Positions 58,225 to 64,000 of a stretch of 64,000 nt of DNA are shown here, piece by piece; the stretch's first letter is position 1; each line of letters starts with the position of its first letter. This DNA is from an uncultured Nitrososphaerota archaeon (GTDB lineage Archaea > Thermoproteota > Nitrososphaeria > Nitrososphaerales > Gagatemarchaeaceae), in contig CAVRAG010000008.1 of assembly GCA_963718895.1 (NCBI GenBank), positions 1,088,001-1,152,000 on the forward strand, given 5' to 3'. A program made the translations under genes and the position numbers. The notes beneath the pieces are model-generated. The model did not search any database. It had not been told where the DNA came from and was given only the letters and a program-made list of their open reading frames with translations.

Positions 58225-58771
58225 GGTGAAAGAATGGGACTTTCTCTCAGGAAACTATCAGTCGAATTTGGAATCGAGAGACCGGTCTTGCTCAAATTGA
58301 AGGCCGAATTCGAGAGGGAAAAATAGCGTAGTCTGAACTACGAGCGTCTCAGGATAAGGTTGCGGAACATGCGGGATGCAAGATTAGAGAATAGGCCTGT
58401 CGTTCAATTTCAAAGAGAGCGAGTATCAAGCAGGGCAAGATTGATGAGACAGATTTGAATCTGAGGCTAATGCGACTGGGTACAAGAATTGAAATAGGCA
58501 GGTTGGCATGCTGCATTCAACGGGAGCAGCGACATAGCCTAGTCTGCCCTCTCTTTCGAGAGACCTACCCCAATCTTCCGACAGCCTATACTACGAAGGA
58601 ATCAAGAGGAATGACGACATAGGTTCGGTAAGCTTCAAGTGGAATTTGCTGCAAGAACACATCTTGTTCCAGCACGTTACAGTCTTAGAAGCAGCAGGAA
58701 AGACATAGAGCAAAATGGAAGGACTATGCTAGTGTCGAGTATGAACCGAAGAAGAGACCACAGCTAATCGC

Positions 58772-59314
58772 CTAGCGTTTCAATAGAGTGGCGAAGAAAT
58801 CCAATATGATTGTCTTGTTAGTCCTGTAGAATTCCAAGGCCGCTTGAAGGTTATGAGCCCTCTCACCCATGTAGCTGTCATCCAACTTCGAGAAGAACAA
58901 GACTGCGGTATCTAGAAGGTCGTCCACAAGCGGCACCAAGTTCCAACTCCTCTCTTCGGGTTTCACATTCAGCCTTCTCCAATCAAGGTGGGCGATCTCA
59001 TTGTTCACCCTCTGTTCTAGTTTCTGGAGGTTATCCGTCCAATCTCCTCTAATCTTCTGCCACCCGTTGACGTAGTCAGATGCTTGTGCATGACCCTTGA
59101 CCGCTCCGTAGAAGAAGAATTCGAGAAGATTGCGAGAGTGCAGGAGGGTGTGCTCGAGTGCCGTATTCTGAAACACGACGAAGAGGTTCCCATCAATCGA
59201 GGCCTGATGTTTCACAAGGGAACCAAAGAAGGACCTGCAATTGAGCAGCTCCTCGACCTCGTAGCAGACATGCTCGTTGAGGAAGCGTACCTTGTCTTCC
59301 TCGCTCCGCTCCAC
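58772..59314 (-). CDS. HEPN-like protein (AbiU2-type)
   Basis: E...LH.RNL.EFF and RVNNEIAH (Rx6H) motifs. Confidence 0.55.
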   Translation of the reverse strand: MERSEEDKVRFLNEHVCYEVEELLNCRSFFGSLVKHQASIDGNLFVVFQNTALEHTLLHSRNLLEFFFYGAVKGHAQASDYVNGWQKIRGDWTDNLQKLEQRVNNEIAHLDWRRLNVKPEERSWNLVPLVDDLLDTAVLFFSKLDDSYMGERAHNLQAALEFYRTNKTIILDFFATLLKR

Positions 59315-59353
59315 AAAGTCTTGACTATGGCGGTAAGAGATATTCGTTGCGCA

Positions 59354-60337
59354 CTATTTAGTCTCCGGTTGACGAGTCAACACGTCTACGATTTGTGGTA
59401 TTCTACGATAGACGAAATAGATTAGACCGAACACGATGGCAAGTGTGAGGAAATACCAAGGAAAGGCTTGTGTCCTTATGAGTTCGAAGAAGGGTAAGAG
59501 TAGCGTAGCGAGGATAAGCAAGAGGGTAATTGTGATTAGAGACACCGAAAGACGTTCAAGGTTCTTTGATGACTTCTTGACTTCATCAATACTCGCCACT
59601 TGTCTTTTCATGGTCAGATAGAGAATCCTGCCGTGTAATTCTAAGGCCTTGATGCTATCATTTACAGCAGGTGACCTGTCCTTTTCTACCTCGCCTATCT
59701 TGTCGGTTGTCTTCTTAGTCAGTTCGTCAATCTGGGAGATCAACTGTTCAATATCTGCGTCAGGCGGGAGTTCAGCAACCACAGAGGCATCGGAGGCAGC
59801 GGTAGATGCGGCTTGAGTAGGTTGCTGAGGTGTTGTAGGTGTCGGTGGTTGCAAAGGCGGTGGGTTTGGCTCTCTAAGATTGAGCAGGTTCCCTAGGAAT
59901 AGGATTAGCACGATGAGGAATCCAATCATGGCTGCAATGGTGGCGTCAGCTATCCAGACATTGCTGAACTTGATGATTATCCCGCTGACTAGACCGATCA
60001 CCACTAAGCTGCTAAACGCAGTTGCCATGAGGTAAGACGAGACGACATACATCGACTTGGCAAAATTGTGGAATCTTACCACCCGGTCACGGTAAAGCAA
60101 GAGAGTGTAGGTCAGGAGAGCGAAGACGATGAAGAGGACTCCGAAAGTAATCACAATTTCGAAGTGTAGAGAGTTGATTTGCTGCGCCAGCGTCTGAGTT
60201 GTCGCGGTTGAATTTCCACTTGGGGTGGGAGTGAGAGAAGATTCCGAGGGTAAGGTGAAACCTAGGAACACGGCGAGCAGTGAGCCCAGGGTGAGAATGT
60301 GTTCAACGAACCTTAGCTTTCTCTCATATTCGTCCAA
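59354..60337 (-). CDS. Multi-pass membrane protein with coiled-coil
   Basis: Four plus two TM helices separated by a Pro/Thr linker and a coiled-coil. Confidence 0.6.
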   Translation of the reverse strand: MDEYERKLRFVEHILTLGSLLAVFLGFTLPSESSLTPTPSGNSTATTQTLAQQINSLHFEIVITFGVLFIVFALLTYTLLLYRDRVVRFHNFAKSMYVVSSYLMATAFSSLVVIGLVSGIIIKFSNVWIADATIAAMIGFLIVLILFLGNLLNLREPNPPPLQPPTPTTPQQPTQAASTAASDASVVAELPPDADIEQLISQIDELTKKTTDKIGEVEKDRSPAVNDSIKALELHGRILYLTMKRQVASIDEVKKSSKNLERLSVSLITITLLLILATLLLPFFELIRTQAFPWYFLTLAIVFGLIYFVYRRIPQIVDVLTRQPETK

Positions 60338-60342
60338 TAACG

Positions 60343-60909
60343 ATGTTAGACTTCGAGCAGTTTCTTAAGGGTTCTCACCGTTTATTCTCGCACTGCCGAA
60401 GGCAGTTTCAAGACGAAACGGCTCATTATGGTAGCATTGGAACTTGGACCAACAGATATTACATGCGCCCTGACCATTATTTCGGACAGCGTCGAAAGAT
60501 GGATGTATGGCAGATAGGAATTCGGGGGTTCGCTATGCCAGTGCTCTCAGTCGCAGATGCTGGGTTCACCTATGCCATTAATCAGGTGGTTACGAGTTTG
60601 GCTCAGACATGGATAGGAAACGGTCGCGTGCTAACCACGATTCCAGAATACGGGTTGTTTGCCATTTCCGTGGTCCTAATGATGTTGTTCATGACGATCC
60701 TGGGCTACTTTGAAGATCTGACACATGGACTTGACTTCCCTAAACAGGCCGTGGTTTATGCTATAGGAGCTTCGGCTGGGCTTGCTTATTTTGGCGGTGC
60801 GATAACCGAAGTAACCTTGGGGGGCATAGGTTCAGACGCCATCTACTCTTCTGTAGCTTCCATCATCATACTGCTGATAGGAGCGGCAATTAGCATGAAC
60901 CTGAATTGA
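60343..60909 (+). CDS. Membrane protein (start probably near 60499)
   Basis: Three to four hydrophobic helices. Confidence 0.5.
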   Translation: MLDFEQFLKGSHRLFSHCRRQFQDETAHYGSIGTWTNRYYMRPDHYFGQRRKMDVWQIGIRGFAMPVLSVADAGFTYAINQVVTSLAQTWIGNGRVLTTIPEYGLFAISVVLMMLFMTILGYFEDLTHGLDFPKQAVVYAIGASAGLAYFGGAITEVTLGGIGSDAIYSSVASIIILLIGAAISMNLN

Positions 60910-60953
60910 ACGTTAACCCCTTCTTGAACTTGCTATTATGGTCTTTTCGTCTT

Positions 60954-61868
60954 CTACTTCGGGTATATGCTAAGAACGTTGCCTTCTCGCTCTTCGAGTA
61001 GCCCTATTGCGACGGTTGTCCGAAAGTCCGAGTTGGCGAGAAAGCCCTTGAGCATCCCCTTCGGATTGAAGACTCTCAAATCGCCGTTATCTCCGCCTCT
61101 TCCCTTGACCAGCTTGATTACGTCCTGCGTATAAGGACTGATGGATGCGAAGCGAGAGATTCTGACCGATTCCCCGATCGCGGCTTTAGAGATCTGCTCC
61201 GTTGCAGCGAGCCATTTGGTGACGTCTTCCTTGGTGGGAGACCCGCCTCGGCTCTTGCACTCGGCAATGGCGACTAACTTGCCATCGCTATTGAATCCGG
61301 CGACGTCGATGTCATAGGGCACCCCGTCCCTGCCAACAATCTTCTGCCTGAACTTGATCGTTTCAATCTTGTTCTTGTCGTGTATGTACTCTCCCATCCT
61401 CCACTCGAAGAATCTCCCCTGAGGGTCAGACTGCATCTCGCAGAAGGAGGTATACAGACCCGCGAGGGCTCCATCGCTAAGAAGCTCGAGCAGCTCAACC
61501 ATGTTCTTCTTGAATTCAAACCTAGACCTGTAGTACTCGGCAATCTGCTCTATGACCGTCTTGCTGATCTTCGCCTTGGTGAGTTCAACGATCATCTTCT
61601 CTTTGGGAACGTCGATTCGCTTGACCTCACGGAGTGAAGTACGGACGACGGTTCTCCTGATCTTCTCCTTGACGGTCGTCTCACGCTCAATTTCTTCCTC
61701 GGTATACTGAACGACATACTCCTTGACTTTCTCGTAGGATAAGACCCCACCCACCAACATGGAAAGGAAAGCTTTGTCTGCGCTCGCAGGGTACCTGATC
61801 CCTTCACTGTCAGCTATCTTCTTGAGCTGCTCTGCGTCCAGCTTTCCAATCAACTCCTGGGCAGACAA
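60954..61868 (-). CDS. PD-(D/E)xK restriction endonuclease-like protein (Mrr-cat type)
   Basis: GRFFE, I.G..G..YDIDVAG, IAECK, ..DV..W motifs. Confidence 0.7.
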   Translation of the reverse strand: MSAQELIGKLDAEQLKKIADSEGIRYPASADKAFLSMLVGGVLSYEKVKEYVVQYTEEEIERETTVKEKIRRTVVRTSLREVKRIDVPKEKMIVELTKAKISKTVIEQIAEYYRSRFEFKKNMVELLELLSDGALAGLYTSFCEMQSDPQGRFFEWRMGEYIHDKNKIETIKFRQKIVGRDGVPYDIDVAGFNSDGKLVAIAECKSRGGSPTKEDVTKWLAATEQISKAAIGESVRISRFASISPYTQDVIKLVKGRGGDNGDLRVFNPKGMLKGFLANSDFRTTVAIGLLEEREGNVLSIYPK

Positions 61869-61996
61869 CGCACATTCTGATACAATCCTACATAGATAAG
61901 CTCTTCCGATGCTTCCTCAATGTGGGTGGCAAGGCGAGTGACTGCCGAGATGCACTATGTTGCTCTCGCCGATTTCATTGAGAGGTCATGCGATTC

Positions 61997-62893
61997 TCAA
62001 TGCATTGAATGGAAGAGTTGCGACCACGATTGAAAGATCGGGTCCAGGCTGTACTGCACGATGTACGGTGATACAGCGATGAGAACCGGGACTGCTATCG
62101 CTAATGTGCCCAGGATCCAAGTTTGGTTCCTTCTGACAGCCACGCCGAGACCAGCCCTATCCACTAGCTCGGTTGTTGTCTTCCCCGTTCTCTCAGAGAG
62201 TTCCTTCACAAAGCCGTTGTAGTCTACGGAATCCGAATCAAGACACCTCAGCAGTCTTGAGATGGACAGCCTCCTCAGGGGAGAGCCGAATAGAGTTGCG
62301 TTAAGGCTCAAGTCGTCTCTTAGTGCCAGGCCCACGTTTTTAGCGCTCAAACGGCTGAAGTACGCCAATGAATCGTCGAGCCATGAGGTCGTGGGTGGTC
62401 TTTCGGCGTCAAACTCCGACAACAAGCAGGCACGCAGGGCGTACACGGGTCGAGGAGACCAGAAATTCAACTGCGTCTGAATCAGAACTAACTCTACCGC
62501 CCAGATGTATAGGAAAGCGAGCGTTAGTGGGCTGCTTGAGAAGAACGTGGCAAGGTCATCATGAATGAGCGGGGTGGCGACGCCCAGGATTAGAGCTCCA
62601 AGCATAATGAAGTACCCTGTCCGTTTGATCCCTCTCACCTTGGTAAGGAATGCAGAAGGATGGGCAGCCGACATGGTCGGTGTCTCATCGTCCCAGCGCC
62701 CCGCTAGACGTCTCCCAACCGCAAAAGGAAGGAGTAACATTGCCGATCCCGTGACAAGCAAGCTGAACGCCTTTGGAACCCCTGCAAGGATGGGGACGAC
62801 AGCCATCGTCAGAGAGAGAATTCCGATTAGTAAGCTCCACCACAACAAGAGAATGAATTCCGTGTATCTGGTCTGCCAGAACTTGTCATTCAA
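61997..62893 (-). CDS. Membrane protein, unknown function
   Basis: About five hydrophobic helices. Confidence 0.55.
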   Translation of the reverse strand: MNDKFWQTRYTEFILLLWWSLLIGILSLTMAVVPILAGVPKAFSLLVTGSAMLLLPFAVGRRLAGRWDDETPTMSAAHPSAFLTKVRGIKRTGYFIMLGALILGVATPLIHDDLATFFSSSPLTLAFLYIWAVELVLIQTQLNFWSPRPVYALRACLLSEFDAERPPTTSWLDDSLAYFSRLSAKNVGLALRDDLSLNATLFGSPLRRLSISRLLRCLDSDSVDYNGFVKELSERTGKTTTELVDRAGLGVAVRRNQTWILGTLAIAVPVLIAVSPYIVQYSLDPIFQSWSQLFHSMH

Positions 62894-63009
62894 TCAACAC
62901 GTCTGCCCCAGCCCTGATACTTAGGCTTGATTGCCCTCGCAGCAGGACACTGTGGACATGCAATGGTTGGCGACTATTCATACTCGACTGGCCTTACGAT
63001 TGGTCGCCG

Positions 63010-63675
63010 CTAGGGCAGTTGGTCTTTCGCCAATCTTGAACTGGCGAACCGGTTGTCGATGAAGAGCCTTTCGATGGACTCCTTGAGCTCCTTATTGTCG
63101 AATTTCCACTCCTCTGGGGAGAAGACAAAGCTGCTTGCCGCACTGTAGAGCAAACCAAGGAAGAAAAATTGAGCTTCGTGGCTCAGCTCGCAATTGTGGC
63201 ACCACGCCTCTTCCGATTGCTTGGGAATGAACTCCAGCGGGATGGTCCTCTTGCTTGCTCTTTCCATAGTATCTTGCAGGAATTTGTGGAAGACTGGGAA
63301 TAGCGTCTTCTCAATCTCGACGCCAAAATTCTCGTCTATCCAATCGCCGAAGCCTGTGTCCAAGATGGCAGGAAGCCACCTTGAGCGTAGGATGTTCCTA
63401 TGCGCCTTGAGTTCATTGTCCCACTCCCTTTCAACAACTCCTCTTTCATGTAGAGCCTTGAGAGTCTGATAGATTATCGATCGCCCAACTCGAATCTTCT
63501 GTTCGCTCAACCTGTCGGAAACCTTGCTCGCAGTCAGTCCTTTGGGTCCTGCTTCCCAGAGGATGTTTATGACGGCGAATGTGGGCTCCTTCGAGAGCCA
63601 CAGCGCTTCGCTCTCGCTCTCCACGGGATAGCTGGAGAAATACCTGTTTTCAAATACCGAGTCCTTTGATGACAT
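63010..63675 (-). CDS. Winged-helix transcriptional regulator with C-terminal CxxC-xxx-H metal site
   Basis: VINILWEAG..GLTASKVS...RSIIYQTLKALHERGVV; WCHNCELSHE. Confidence 0.65.
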   Translation of the reverse strand: MSSKDSVFENRYFSSYPVESESEALWLSKEPTFAVINILWEAGPKGLTASKVSDRLSEQKIRVGRSIIYQTLKALHERGVVEREWDNELKAHRNILRSRWLPAILDTGFGDWIDENFGVEIEKTLFPVFHKFLQDTMERASKRTIPLEFIPKQSEEAWCHNCELSHEAQFFFLGLLYSAASSFVFSPEEWKFDNKELKESIERLFIDNRFASSRLAKDQLP

Positions 63676-64000
63676 GATCTTACCTCATGGTGAGGGTGAC
63701 TCCCGAGGTAGATAAGCAGGAATCATGGATTCTAGAGAATCCCGTATTCTCTGGATTTCTAAACCCAGGGACATAGACGGGCGGTTGGACCTGGCATGGC
63801 ATGACACGAATCAAAGACTGGTCTAAGGTCGGGAATATACCCGAAGAGCCGTGCGAGTACAAACTATTTGATGGTGATAAGCTGATCCGCAATGGCAGCT
63901 CATGCAACTGCAAGAGAAGACTGAAAGAACACCGAAGAAGCATTGCCGAGGCGACCGGGTTCAAGGTTCGCCTGACTCGAAACTGCGAGGAAGCCAGAAC

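Larger units (their letters stand above)
44300..64000. other. Accessory / variable region with lower GC (island-like; no integrase seen in the window)
   Basis: Visible shift to AT-richer sequence, ORFans, pseudogenes, paralog duplications and defence-like genes. GC shift judged by eye, not computed. Confidence 0.6.

Noticed and set aside
179-63964. Numerous long antisense/overlapping ORFs in the track (e.g. 15753-16688, 28255-29214, 32460-33362, 48154-49149)
   Set aside because: Shadow ORFs expected opposite real genes in high-GC DNA; they contain no recognisable motifs.
44300-64000. Provirus or integrative conjugative element
   Set aside because: No integrase, capsid, packaging, replication or conjugation gene and no att repeat pair is recognisable in the window.

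Overview
This is archaeal chromosomal DNA, most likely a high-GC Nitrososphaerota (Thaumarchaeota-type) genome. The inference rests on archaeal DnaG, pelota, CoaD, type II Map, DUF1512, a stand-alone 5S rRNA, BHB-type tRNA introns, TATA-box/leaderless promoters and a thaumarchaeal-style HisG insertion. Positions 1-43,600 are mostly housekeeping: MntR/MntH, the his operon (hisG-D-HAD-B-H-A-F-I), tRNA-Val(UAC) and tRNA-Ser(GCU) with non-canonical introns, SRP RNA, ttuA, S2P, pelota, dnaG, moaE, pheST, trpS, coaD, map, 5S rRNA, iol-like genes and pgk. Accessory inserts in this part include a decayed LAGLIDADG gene, a papain-lectin/chagasin operon and surface proteins. From about 44,300 to the end the DNA is visibly more AT-rich and accessory: secreted proteins with membrane partners, RHH, PadR and Lrp-like regulators, an ATP-grasp/STAND-TPR/GNAT trio, and HEPN-like and restriction-endonuclease-like genes. 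The best candidates for undescribed biology are (i) an unannotated 47-aa hydrophobic propeptide ending DGDPIGGGPT, convergent on a large double-HTH Lrp-like regulator (possible archaeal peptide-signalling pair), (ii) a ~345-nt highly structured, pseudoknotted, TATA-preceded RNA candidate at the island edge, and (iii) a ~155-nt structured RNA candidate divergent from dnaG-pelota. Several conserved genes carry single-base frameshifts that are probably long-read indel errors. All calls come from reading the sequence by eye; no searches or folding programs were run.
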